From contig NC_043001.1 in the NCBI RefSeq assembly GCF_006345805.1, positions 108,934,001-108,998,000 on the forward strand: 64,000 bases of DNA, in the 5' to 3' direction. The number at the start of each line of letters is the position of its first letter. Positions within the stretch are counted from its first letter, which is position 1. The stretch is from Octopus sinensis. Lineage: Eukaryota. This document shows positions 41,892 through 54,639 of this stretch, piece after piece. Under the pieces are notes generated by a model. It was not told the origin of the DNA and searched no databases. It saw only the letters and a list, made by a program, of their open reading frames with translations. The position numbers were made by a program, and so were the translations under genes.

Positions 41892-41894
<3 letters not shown>

Positions 41895-42070
41895 CGGGAA
41901 GGTTTACGAAAATAAACAAAAGACGAAGCAGGTGGAGTACAAACAAAGAAATGTATTAGTATGGCGCTCAGGAATAGAAATAGAACAAGTCTTTTACGTT
42001 TCGAGCCTACGCTCTTCGACAGAAAGATACACAGAAAAAAAAACACGGAGAGAAACAAGGAGAGAAAAAA
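41892..42070 (-). mobile_element. Penelope-like short unit Y with an intact hammerhead-like fold, flanked by (TA)n
   Basis: Minus strand cttt-CTGTCGA-a-gagc-gtag-gctc-GAAA-cg-ta-aaag (41991-42026). Confidence 0.72.
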
Positions 42071-42104
<34 letters not shown>

Positions 42105-42221
42105 GTGTATATATATACTTACACACACACACATTAATATCGATAATAATAACCTAAAACTCAAAATATATCTGCTTTAGCATAAAACATTAGTCGACTA
42201 CAGACCATACTATGAAATGAA

Positions 42222-42484
42222 ATAATAAAAACTAAATGCGCCCTTTTAAATCCTACTCAGGCTCATGGGCCCGGTTTCCCGGTTTCTATGGCGTATGTGT
42301 TGCCCAGCTGGACGGGACGCCTGTCCATCGCAGCGTTACTCATTTTTGCCAGCTGAGTGGACTGGAGCAACGTGAAATGAAGTGTTTTGCTCAAGAACAC
42401 AACGCGTCGCCCAGTCCAGGAATCGAAACCATAATCTTACGATCATGATGCTGACGCCCTAACCACTAAGCCGCGCGCCTCCAC
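42222..42484 (-). mobile_element. SINE F3 with tail type c and a 13-bp TSD
   Basis: actatgaaatgaa at 42209-42221 and 42485-42497. Confidence 0.88.
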
Positions 42485-42517
42485 ACTATGAAATGAAGTT
42501 AATGAAATTAGGAACAG

Positions 42518-42552
<35 letters not shown>

Positions 42553-42957
42553 ATATGCGTCACTCAGCGAAGTTATAGCAACAGGTAGCTAGTGATGAAG
42601 CCTAAATTGTGCTTTGAATGGAGGTTTCAATACGTGTATTGAGTACGTTTTTAATCTGTTTAGGTTCGTCACTGTTAAATTTGTCTATGTTCAAAAATGA
42701 ACAAGATTAATAAATGTGTTTTTCCTTTCATGCCATTATGCAATACTTTCCTCGGAAAATCGCTAAAATTATCGACTTGTACGGGGAAATAAAACTCCAT
42801 ATGTTTACCACCATACGTTGAAGGTGTATTTCAACATCTCAATCTCAACGTCGTATGGTTTCCATTAACGATTCTTGAAAAGGGATAAAGATTTATATAA
42901 ATGTAATGATTAGAATTTCAGAAGCGAGTAAAAACATGGCACTGGTTCATATCTTAC

Positions 42958-42991
42958 TTCTGTCCTCCCATATCATTACATTTCTGCCTTT
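42958..42991 (-). CDS. Speculative 34-nt exon (KGRNVMIWEDR in phase 0)
   Basis: Strong tttttttctttcccttatAG acceptor and GAA|GTAAGA donor. Confidence 0.25.
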
Positions 42992-43260
42992 CTATAAGGG
43001 AAAGAAAAAAATGATAAGACGAAATCAATTTATCTTTTGATAAACAGAAAGCTATGATATTAATATCATTATTCAAATAAAAAGGTATCGCTTCCTGTGT
43101 GTGTCAGTTTTTTGTGCTTCAGTCTATATAAATATACAAGGTATGTAAGCAGTTATGTATGTATGTACGTTTGTATGTGTATATATACACTCATAATATA
43201 TATATATATGTATATACATACAAACACATATACATACATAGAAATAACACACACACACAC

Positions 43261-43289
<29 letters not shown>

Positions 43290-43294
<5 letters not shown>

Positions 43295-43451
43295 AGAACT
43301 CACAAAAAGAAAGACGAAGACAGGTGGTTTAGACAACAAACAGATGTATTAGTGAAAAGTCTTTAACGTTTCGAGCCTACGCTCTTCCACAGAAAGGGAC
43401 ACAGAAAGAAACAGGGAGAGAAAATAAAGAATGTGCAGTGGCTAGCGATCT

Positions 43452-43455
<4 letters not shown>
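43290..43455 (-). mobile_element. Penelope-like short unit Y with an intact hammerhead-like fold, flanked by (TA)n
   Basis: Minus strand cttt-CTGTGGA-a-gagc-gtag-gctc-GAAA-cg-tt-aaag (43361-43396). Confidence 0.72.
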
Positions 43456-43491
<36 letters not shown>

Positions 43492-43553
43492 ATGATATAC
43501 ATATGTATATTTGTGTATACATATAAGCACATGTAGATACACACACACACACG

Positions 43554-43585
<32 letters not shown>

Positions 43586-43689
43586 CACACACATTTATAC
43601 ATATATGTATATGTCTGTCGTCACGTTTGTCATGACCTGACCCATTGGAGTGGCTTGTTGTTTATCATCACGTCTTGAGTCTTGAGTAT

Positions 43690-44372
43690 ATCCTGCCCCG
43701 GGCCATGATTGGAATAAAACGCTAGTCCTCTTGATGCTGATAGTCAGTCCAAATTCACGAGCTGCCGCAGCAAACCTACTGACACATTCCAGAGTTCCTT
43801 CAAATGTGTGAGAAATCAAAGCGCAATCATAAGCAAACAGAAGGTCACGAAAGATTTCTTCCTTGTTTTTTTCTTCTTTGATCTAAAATCTTGCCCTTTC
43901 AGGTTTAAGAGATCTTATTCTGTGCGAAAGTGGATTTTATACTTTCATGGAAATCCCTTAAAATGTCTTTTGAGGCCTCCGTTAGATTTGAAAACTTTCT
44001 GGCATACACTGCATTCAAAGGTGTGCACAGACATATAAGCAGAATAGTTGGTGGAGGTTCGTTTTCCTTGGGTTCGCAAATGAGATTTGAGCCCAGTAAA
44101 AGAAAGGTATGATCTGTCACAAACTGTGCACACTAAAACGTCATTGTGAGTTACCTTCTCGATCGTACCATCCTTCCTTAAATCTCCTTGGGTCTTGCAT
44201 GCCTTATCCTGGCCTCCTCAAACACTTTCACTCCAATCCACACTTTTAATCGCCATCCAGCTCGATCCAAAGCAAGGGTTTCTCTGTCCCCTAAATCCAT
44301 TTCAAGTGGCTTCATAGTAATCCGTATGCCGTCCTTAAACCTTTTTAGGTTTACGCCGACAGCGTTTCCCCT
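43690..44372 (-). mobile_element. Chimeric RTE LINE relic: C-terminus with two C2H2 fingers, fused to an RT-core fragment
   Basis: KRFKDGIRITMK...LALDRAGWR, then CTVCDRSYLSFTGLKSHLRTQ and FECSVCQKVFKSNGGLKRHF, then IHFRTE*DLLNL...RDLLFAYDCALISH...RFAAAAREFGLTISIKRT (degenerate FADD motif). Confidence 0.82.
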
Positions 44373-44403
44373 AATATATATATATGTATATATATATATT
44401 ATA

Positions 44404-44449
<46 letters not shown>

Positions 44450-44747
44450 GATATATATATATATATAATATTATGTAAAACTGTCGTATGTTCAGGTTTG
44501 GCTAAATGCATTTTTCATTTTTCAATATTTAATTTTGCATGCAATAGTTGGTTCTTTTGGTCAAACTATCCTATCTTCAGCTGCTTCTGCTGCCAAACTA
44601 TCAAAAATTGTCAAAGTGTAATACAAGGGTTTTGCTATGGAATGGTGAAACTATTTAAGCGTTTTCTGAAAAAGTCCAACTTTTTGGACTTACAACACTT
44701 TTGCATAATAGCAACGCAATACGTACATACATACATGCACACTCATA

Positions 44748-44794
<47 letters not shown>

Positions 44795-44924
44795 TATATA
44801 TATAGCTATATCTATAGATACACACACACACACATATTATATATATATATGTATATATAAATATATATAGCTATTATATACATATATATTATTATATATG
44901 TATATATAAATATATATAGCTATA

Positions 44925-44956
<32 letters not shown>

Positions 44957-44958
44957 AT

Positions 44959-44990
<32 letters not shown>

Positions 44991-45497
44991 CTCGCTCATG
45001 CAAACTCTCACAAACACTACTATGCATATATTTGTTTGTTTGTTTGTGTGTGTTCGATTGTGTGTAGCATCACCACTGGCTTTTGAATGAGGGAATAATT
45101 ACAGCTATTGGGTAGCATTTTAGCCTGTCGTGTTCCTAAATTTTGTACAACATATAGAAAAAATAGATAAGAATAATAAATATAGCTTTTCAGAGCCATG
45201 TGTAATACGACTGTCATAAAATCGATAAAATTGTTGACTTGTGTTAGGAAATAAAAGTCCATATGACGTCTGCCCAACGCTGAGCGTTTGCGTTAATTTC
45301 TCAATCGTGAAGTCGCATGGTCTCTATTAACGCATCGAAAAAGTGATAAATATTTTCGCAAGAGTAATAATTAAAATTCAAGAAGGAAATAATAGCTTAG
45401 CGTTGGATATTATCATACATTTTCTTTTCCACGTCATCATATTCGGTCATTTTCATAAATGACAGAGAAATAGCAAATAAACAACAAGAAATATAAA

Positions 45498-45528
<31 letters not shown>

Positions 45529-45942
45529 CATTCGTTAATACTTCATCAGATTCTTTATTGATAAACGGTAACCGACCTTATTTGCTTACAAGCAAAAATC
45601 CTTTAAAATCTACTGATATTTATATCATTATACAGATAAAAGATAAACTGCTTGTATATTGTCGTATGTATGCGATTGTGTGGAGTATGTGTATGACTTT
45701 AAAATGGGTTCGGTTCCACTGCGTGACACCTTGAGTGTCCGTCTTCAACTACAGCAGGTGCTGGGAAGCTAAACGAGCGGGAAATAGTGGGAGTTAAAGA
45801 AGAAGAGGGCGAAGAAATGTGAGAGAGGAGAAGAGAGAGAAAGGAAGAAAAATGAGAGGGGGAATAAAAGATAGAGTAAGAGTCGTACAAAATTTAGATA
45901 CATACCTACTATAAGGTGCGCACAAGAGTGTATGTACGCCGC

Positions 45943-46056
<114 letters not shown>

Positions 46057-46206
46057 CATATATATTAACATATATATATATACATATATATTATACATAT
46101 ATATATTACATATATATATACATATATATATATCTATATATATATATATTATATATATATATGTATATATATATGTATATATATATGTATATAATGTATA
46201 TATATG

Positions 46207-46272
<66 letters not shown>

Positions 46273-46905
46273 CACATATACATACACAAATAGCCTGGTA
46301 TTGATATATAAGCAAGTTTATGTATATATAATTAGTCCAAATATATGTATATACTTGTATGTGTTCTTTTGCGTGTGTGCGCTTGCGCACGTGGGCGTAG
46401 TCTTGAAACACAGCATGTCGCTTTCATATGCATTTCAAGATATATACGTTTTTAACGAAGAGATTACGAAACTATTAGTAATTAGAGCGCTGTCGGGGGG
46501 AAAGCGCGTAGATTAATTTTCGAGTGATACTTATGTGATTATTTCATAACGACTTCAAGTACTACAGAATAGTTCTATGTCAATTGTATAATGATTTTAA
46601 GTCAATATGTCACTAGTCATAAAGTGTTGCTAATACATGTTGACGTTAATAAGAAGAGTGATTTTTTTTTTATGACAAAGCATATATCAGTTTAGTTGTG
46701 GTTTTTGTTCCACGTCCAGACGACGTTGTTATCGGATATAAATGTGCTGATTTGCGATATGTTAGTGCATATGTAACAGGGATGTGCCGCCTGGGTAGGT
46801 AAGGTAGGAAGTACCTACCTTGAATAAAATAGATCGATAGCAACATTTTCCTTTTATGGCAAATTATGCATCTAATTCAATAGATAGATAGATAGATAGA
46901 TAGAT

Positions 46906-46948
<43 letters not shown>

Positions 46949-46950
<2 letters not shown>

Positions 46951-47750
46951 CGAATTCTGCTATAATAACGAAACTAAAGCACGCAGAGTAAAGCCACTTG
47001 ATACAGACTGACCTTCACCTCTGCTGTACATACGTACTAAATCTTAACTCTGGCTCACTTCCGCTGTTTACAGAAGTGTCTCGAAGTAACATGTGTAACG
47101 TATGATCGTTGTATTGACCATAACACAGAAAGTTGTCATGGCGATACCTGCTCAGAGGCCCACGCAAAGTTGCAGAAAGCATATGGAGGGGAGTGTATGA
47201 GCCGCCCACAAGCGTACGAGTTGTTTAGACGTTTCCCAAATGGCCGAAAAAAAGTCGATATTGACGAACATTTTGGGAGACCTGCAAACAGCGGATCTGA
47301 GAAAAAACATCACGTATGTGCGTCCAGCTGTGAAATCGTTGAATCACTATCCGTGAGATTAGTTACGGTTCAGTTCAGTCCATTATCACTGAAGAGTTGT
47401 GTATGAGACGCGTGTCAGCCAAGTTTGTGACAAAATCGCTTTTAGCTGACCAAATAGACACTCGGGTTTCAGCTGCGCAAAATTTCGTTCATTGTGTCGA
47501 GAACGATGAGAACTTTTTGAAAACTTTCCGTAGACCTCTGAACATGCATCACCAAGCTTTTGGCAAAGTTTGATCAGATTCTCTGTTCAGCATTCTCCGT
47601 CAAGTTCAACGAACACACGCTACCTACGTTACTTGCAAGCATTGTTGTAAACAGAGTTCACGGTCAATGTGTACTAAGGGACTTCCCTCTGCGTGCTTTA
47701 GCTGTGGTCACTATAGCAACAGTCCGGGTACTTATTGATCAGATCACGTA
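46949..47750 (+). mobile_element. Internally deleted mariner element
   Basis: Subterminal ctaaagcacgcagag (46974-46988) is inverted at 47687-47701, and both ends are TA. The translation includes KLQKAYGGECMSRPQAYELFRRF...DEHFGRP/ISYGSVQSIITEELCMRRVSAKFVTK. Confidence 0.85.
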
Positions 47751-47895
47751 TATATTCGTATGGTATATTCTGTTAAGAACGTAATAGGCTACAGTATAAA
47801 GCTCATCCACCTTCAGATTTCACTCTGTTCTATCCAGTAGTACCATTATACGTACTTCTAGGTTTGAATTTGTGTGTTAGTCGTGCGTGAGTAAG

Positions 47896-48286
47896 TAATC
47901 GAAAAAATTGGAGTCAACAAGAAGGGGTACGGCCGGACGTTTATTTTTTAATCACTACGGTTTTTGTCTTTTTAATAACAAATTAGGCTTTATTCGGTGG
48001 CGAAGGCATGTGAATTCAACGCAAAGTGGTTCTCCAGATGTACTTGATTACTTGCAGGCCACGACAGACAGACAGTATGTACTTGCAGCCGAGGATTTTA
48101 AACTAACGGAGACAATATTTACATATCGCTTGAGGAAACACGACTAGATCTCATAATGCAGGGAAACTGTTGCAGAATCAAGTACCTGCACGCATCGAGA
48201 ACTACGGTTGCGTGGAAACAATTGTAGTGATTAAAAAATAAATATCCAACTGTACCCCTTCTTGTTGACTTCAATTTTTTCAATTA
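47896..48286. mobile_element. MITE, ~390 bp, with ~63-bp TIRs and TA ends
   Basis: taatcgaaaaaattggagtcaacaagaaggggtac...ttttttaatcactac closely matches the reverse complement of 48224-48286. Confidence 0.82.
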
Positions 48287-48307
48287 TATATATATATATA
48301 TATATAT

Positions 48308-48527
48308 GGCCGCATGTGTATCGTTGGCCGCGTGTGTATCGTTGTGACCGCGTGTGTATCGTCTTCCCTTCCTTGGATCTTTCCCTTTTCTATGTTTCTG
48401 ACGAAGGGCTCCGCTCGAAACGTTAAATCCTCCTTCTTTCTTTTCTTTCCTGAGCGTCCAATAACACTATACTTGTTCCACGTCCTCGCGTTGTGTTTTC
48501 TCTATGTGTTTTCATGTTTGGATTAAC
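48308..48527 (+). mobile_element. Penelope-like short unit X, flanked by (TA)n
   Basis: Homologous to 36527-36750; it begins with three ~19-bp repeats of (g)gccgcgtgtgtatcgtt. Confidence 0.72.
48394..48428 (+). ncRNA. Minimal type I hammerhead ribozyme motif (canonical core)
   Basis: gttt-CTGACGA-a-gggc-tcc-gctc-GAAA-cg-tt-aaat. It has stem I, CUGANGA, stem II, GAAA, a palindromic ACGU stem III (needs a dimer) and a GUU site. Confidence 0.6.
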
Positions 48528-48598
<71 letters not shown>

Positions 48599-48603
<5 letters not shown>

Positions 48604-49508
48604 AATCAAATTGCGATTAAATAAAAATAATTTAATCGTCGGTGGTATACTAACACAAGCCATATATTTTTCATATATCAAGACATTAAGGCAAATATTG
48701 TGCTAGGAATCAAAAAGCTTGATAAATTAAGTGAAATGATGAGATAAAAACATTTACTAAACCGGAAAATTTCAGACTGCAGTTTTTTTATTCAGAAACA
48801 AGATAATTTATTTGCCCAGGGAGAATTCTCAGTGAGACCCTGTTTTTCTGGGATCCTAACTCACTAGAAGCATGTGCGTCTAATGAGTTACTCTTCCTCC
48901 TAATAATCATATCACTGCGCAGACTCCGAACGTCCGACAACCACTAGGGAATTCTGGTATATCGCCTGGCGCTCATAATTTATCGAGAAATATGTAAACA
49001 AATCAAATTGCGATAAAATAAAAATAATATAATCGCTGGTATTACTAACACAAGCCAATATTTTCAATATCAGTACATTAAGGCGAAATATGTGCAGGGA
49101 ATACAAAGCTCGATATAATAAATAAGTGAAATGAAGATAAAAACATTTACTAAAACGGAAAATTCTCAGACTGCAGTTTCTTTCTATTCAGCAAACAAGA
49201 TAATTATTGCCCGAGGAGAATGGTCTTCAGTGAGGACCCTGTTTTTTGGGATCCTAACTCACTAGAAGCATGTGCAGTCTAATGAGTACTCTTCTAACTA
49301 ATCTATCACTGCGCAGACTCCGAACGTCCCGACAACACTAGGGAATTCTGGTATATCGTGGGCGCTCATAATTTATCGAGAAATATGTAAACAAATACAA
49401 ATGCGATTAACATAAAAATAATTATAATCGCTGGTATTACTAAACACAGCCATATATTTTTATATATCAGTACATTAAGGCGAAATATGTGCTAGGAATA
49501 CAAAAGCT
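48599..49508. repeat. ~395-bp tandem repeat, 2.3 copies
   Basis: Units start at 48599, 48996 and 49389. Both flanks are (TA)n. Confidence 0.88.
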
Positions 49509-49954
49509 TATATATATATATATATATATAATATATATGTATATAGCTGGATACATGCACGCACACATACACACACACACAAACTCATATACATATAAGG
49601 TTATATTTGAGTACGTGTGTATGAGAGTACGTACCATTTAAATAATTATATATGGTATGAAGTCTTCGTAAATTGAGGTGAAACAAGTTATAATCTATAA
49701 ATCTATAACAAAGAAACGCGCGTTCACATACATGCATAAAAGCATGCGCACAAATACGCACACGCACGTTGCACGCACGCACACAACTTATGGAACATTT
49801 TATAGGTATTCGCGTAATGAATGCCAAGTATTGTTTTCATAAATAGAAAAAAATAATAATGCAAAATGATAAAAGAACTATAGGGGAATGGAATTGTCTT
49901 TTTAATAACAAATTAGGCTTTATTCGGTGGCGAAGACATGTGAATTCAATTACG

Positions 49955-50312
<358 letters not shown>

Positions 50313-50959
50313 GCACCAATTAAATTAACTAAGTATACACACACACACACACACGCTATTTTATATACATATTACATCTTTATATGTGCATGTACACATA
50401 TTAAGAATAGTATCTTGATATTTTATTTTTTGTAAAAAAAGATTAAGTTAATTTTCGTTATTTATAGATTACATACTGAATAGAAATTAAAAGAGCTATG
50501 ATATTAAATATCTTATTTCCATTCATGGAAGAATGATTACCTTTTCATTGAAAACCATATGCATTCGCAATTAAGTTTGATAATAGAATTTGGGCAGTTC
50601 GGGTAATTAAAAACGAAGCTGAAAATTGAAGAAAATATGAATGAAATGCAATATATAGATAATGAAAATCGCAACTATCAATTACTTCTCCTCGGTGGGA
50701 AATATAATTATATTAATACTATTGCAATACATCTCCATATGGTGATACCGGTCACTGGCACAGTTGAGTATGTCAAACCAGGAGTTTATTGCTAGAATAT
50801 TTTCCGGCAGACATGTTGAAATTTTTAGAGCAAACCTCTAAATTTTTAGGGCCAAATGGTATACACAAATCCATGTGAAAAGCAGCTGGAGTCAGAAAGA
50901 TAGTGACGGTGATTGAATGTTTACACTTAATACATCGATTTGTATGTTAGAAAGCAGGG

Positions 50960-51418
50960 TTTCAAGACAATGTTAAATTAATAGTGGAACTTCAAGCAGT
51001 TCTGCATTACGACAGCAGGAAAATTACATCAATGCAACAAGCAAGTTACTGGAAGAGACTGAAAGAGCAGCGACTCTACTCACTGAAGCAACGATGAGAG
51101 TGATATGCTGTGATATAAGTATGGAAGATCCTGGAGGGATTGACACCAAACTTTGGCGTCAAGAGCTATACGAGCCCCCAAACTGGACGTCGCTCCACAA
51201 ATCCAACGGTCACACGAAGATCATATTGCAATAACTTTGGATTGATGGGTTCTCGAATGTATCACTATCTGGCCAGAATATCTGATAGATCTGCATGGAG
51301 TAGGGTAGGATACCTTAAAGAACCAGCTTGACCTCCAACTGTTCAAGGTCCCAGATGAGCCCACATCGCGACAAGAAACTCAAAAGAGGGCAGCAATATC
51401 GAATTCTCTCCTTCAACT
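50960..51418 (+). mobile_element. CR1-like LINE 3' fragment
   Basis: VKLIVELQAV...SYWKRLKEQRLYSLKQR*...WKILEGLTPNFG.../DLHGVG*DTLKNQLDLQLFKVPDEPT...AAISNSLL. Confidence 0.82.
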
Positions 51419-51574
51419 CTTCAACAAAGACCAATCGCAAAAAAATGAACGTTGAAAAGTTGATAATACTGGCCCAATGCCCAAGCATGGCCACAACCTT
51501 TGGGCGAAAACGCATAAAAGAATACACACACACCCACACACACACACACACACACAAACACACATGTGTGTGCG

Positions 51575-51816
51575 TGTGTGCGTGCGTGTGTGTGTGCGTG
51601 TCCGTGTGTGTTTGTGAGTTAGTTTATTTGTATCTTTGACCTCCAATACGGCTTGAAAGTCAGTATTCGTGTACTTACGTCCCCGTAACTTAACTTTTCG
51701 ACAAAAGAGATCAATGAAATATGCTTTATAAAAGTACTGGGGTCGATTCATTTGACTAAAATTCCACGAGACGGTGCCCTAGCATGGCCGCAGTTTAATG
51801 TCTGAAACAAGTAAAA
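51575..51816 (+). mobile_element. SINE F1 tail (diverged)
   Basis: ...gtccccgtaacttaac...gacggtgccctagcatggccgcag...gaaacaagtaaaag. Confidence 0.7.
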
Positions 51817-51973
51817 GCTAAGTCTCGTAGCATGTACACCAAAGAATGGTAACAGGAAGCCACCCTTGAATTCTCCAACGAAATTTCCTCGACAGACTTG
51901 TTGTTCGTCGCCATGATAGTTCGAAACAGAAAAAGTACATAATTTTATGAATAACGTAACATATCACAAATAC

Positions 51974-52108
51974 TTCAGAACAGACACAGCAGCTTGTCTT
52001 TGTCTCAAACTTCGTCATCAGGAAAGAAAAAGAAGATAAATTATTCATAACTCTGTTTTCATCAGCATCACACCTATAACTTGTTGGCTTGAAATCGTAT
52101 TTGATATC
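51974..52108 (-). CDS. Speculative 135-nt exon (DIKYDFKPTSYRCDADENRVMNNLSSFSFLMTKFETKTSCCVCSE)
   Basis: Long poly-U tract, AAG acceptor, GAA|GTATTT donor, phase 0-0, only one frame open. Confidence 0.2.
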
Positions 52109-52288
52109 CTTCAACAAGAAATATTTGAAACAAAAAAAAAAAGTGAAAACAAGAATACACTTGTAATTCATGTAATATAAAATGTAGAAGTCAAGCAAAT
52201 GTCTCTTAGATAATGTAAACATAGTTTGTGTATGCGAGCGTATGCATATGTTTATACGATATCATGTAATATAATGATTTACTATAGA

Positions 52289-52474
<186 letters not shown>

Positions 52475-52777
52475 ACGCGCGGGTGTATTATATTCTTAGC
52501 ATGATGGCTGGCATGGGAGCAGAAAAAAATGTCTCGTGCTTTTTAGTATACGGCTTATGATAAATGTATGTTTTAACCCCTGTACTTCTATCAATAAATT
52601 TGCTATTCAATGTCGATTATTTTAAATCACACACATGTGTATTTACGTTCAAGTGGAGATAGAGTCTTTGGTATACTGAATGGAAGCATTTGACATAGCA
52701 CAAAGTAATAGAATTATAAGATATAACAGGTTTGGGACATGACCTCGTTAACTGTAAGTATTATATATATATATGAT

Positions 52778-52965
52778 TGATTGCTAGCCACTAAACCTTT
52801 TTCCATTTCCTCTCCACGTTTATTTCTGTGTTCCTTTCTGTGGAAGAGCGTAGGCTCGAAATGTAAAAGACTGTCACTTCCCGAGCCTTAAATTAATATA
52901 TCTGTTTGTTGTTTACACACCCGTCATCGTCTTTTGTTTTGTTTATTTATTTGTAAATTCCAACT
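52778..52965 (+). mobile_element. Penelope-like short unit Y (stem III CpG decayed)
   Basis: cttt-CTGTGGA-a-gagc-gtag-gctc-GAAA-tg-ta-aaag at 52834-52869; (TA)n on both sides. Confidence 0.68.
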
Positions 52966-53630
52966 ATATATATGTGTGTGTGTGTGTATCACACAAGAAA
53001 TTTGCCCAGAAGAGAAGGGGAGATAAACATCCAAAAGATGCCACCTATGTGTAAAGTCCCTTGATTCATTGATTCATTGTTTCATTCACGCGAATTTACG
53101 AGAACCTATGTGAACGAAACGAGACTGCTTTTTTTCTAAACTGGATGTCAATTTTGCTTTTCATCCTTTTGGAGTCGATAAATTAAGTACCAGTCGCGTA
53201 CTGGAGTCGATCTAATCGACTGGTGCCCCTCCCACCAAAATTTCGGGCCTTCTGCCTAGAATAGAAAATAATATATTTCTCTACTTTAAATAAGATCGTA
53301 TCCCGACGGAGGAGAATGGGCTCTGACATTTTGAGCAGTGTAAATCTTCTGCAGAAGAAAACAGGTCTTTAATTCCTTTGATATAATCTCTGTGTTGCAA
53401 CAAACAGAAAATAATCCCTTTTAGACTAAGATTTCGCTCAAAACATCAGAATTTTCGACCACACAAGACATACAGACTTAGCAAAAGTTTTACAGGGTCC
53501 TAGTTTGTAAATTTTATACCGTCCAGGGCTGTACTTTATTTTTTGCAAATTATTTTATTCAGTAGGGACTATGATATTTTCTGCATATCTGAGCTGTCAG
53601 GGATTTTTTCTGGTACCTTATCCATAGGTA

Positions 53631-53929
53631 GTGGAGGCACTTGGCCTAGTGGTCGAGGGATCGCGGGTTCAAATCTCAGACCGCGCAAAGTGTGTGTTTA
53701 TGAGCAAAACACCTACGCTCCACGCGGCTCCGACAGAAGGTAATGGCGAACTTCTGCTGACTCTTTCGCGACAACTTTCTGTCACTCTTTCCTCCTGCAT
53801 CTTGCAGCTCACCTGCGACGAATCGGCGTGCCGTCCAGGTGGGGAAACAATACGCCAATGAAACCGGGAAAGCGGCCCTTATGAGCCAGGAATGGCTCGA
53901 GAAAGAACAAACAACAACAACAACAACAA
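53631..53929 (+). mobile_element. SINE F4 with a (CAA)n tail
   Basis: Homologous to 33325-33595. Confidence 0.82.
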
Positions 53930-54312
53930 ATAACCAAGAGTATATCTAACCTGTTTACTTTTAACGATCAACGTCAGACATATTTATAAGTTGCGAGTTG
54001 CTAGTACAGGACATAGGACGCATTAACTCCCGTGCTATACGATTTCTAGAAATTAGATAGGTTCTCCCATACGATTGATACCAGAAAGTGCTAAATTAAC
54101 GGTTGGTACTAATTAATTAACAAAAACACTGTAATATCATATTACTAATTATTAATGTAATTTAAGACGCTGAAACTCGAAGACATATCTAGACCAACAA
54201 TGACGTTAAAATTAGCCTAAACATCTCTCTGTCACACCCTGTCGTTATATATATATATATATATATACATATTTCTGGCTACGAACTAATTAAGACATAA
54301 TAGGTCTCATAT

Positions 54313-54639
54313 TTAAAAGACTCCGCCGGTTACGACGACGAGGGTCCCAGCTGATACGATCAACGGAACAGCTTGCTCGTGAAATTAACGTGCAAATGGC
54401 TGAGCATTCCACAGACACGTGTACCCTTAACGTAGTTCTCGGGGATAATCAGCGTGAGACAGAGAGTGACAAGGCTGACCCTTTGAAATACAAGTACAAC
54501 TCATTTTTGCCAGCTGAATGGACTGGAGCAACGTGAAATAAAGTGTCTTGCTCAAGGACACAACGCGTCGCCGGGAATCGAACTCACAACCTTACGATCA
54601 TGAGCTGAATGCCCTAACCACTAAGCCACGCGCCCTCAC
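54313..54639 (-). mobile_element. SINE F3 with tail type a and an 11-bp TSD
   Basis: aggtctcatat at 54302-54312 and 54640-54650. Confidence 0.9.

Noticed and set aside
43945-44133. Host C2H2 zinc-finger gene
   Set aside because: The fingers follow an RTE C-terminus directly, lack TGEKP linkers and are truncated by an RT fragment.
46788-46823. hAT-like terminal fragment (cagggatgtgcc...aggtaggaagtacctacctt)
   Set aside because: Only one short end is present, with no partner TIR or TSD.
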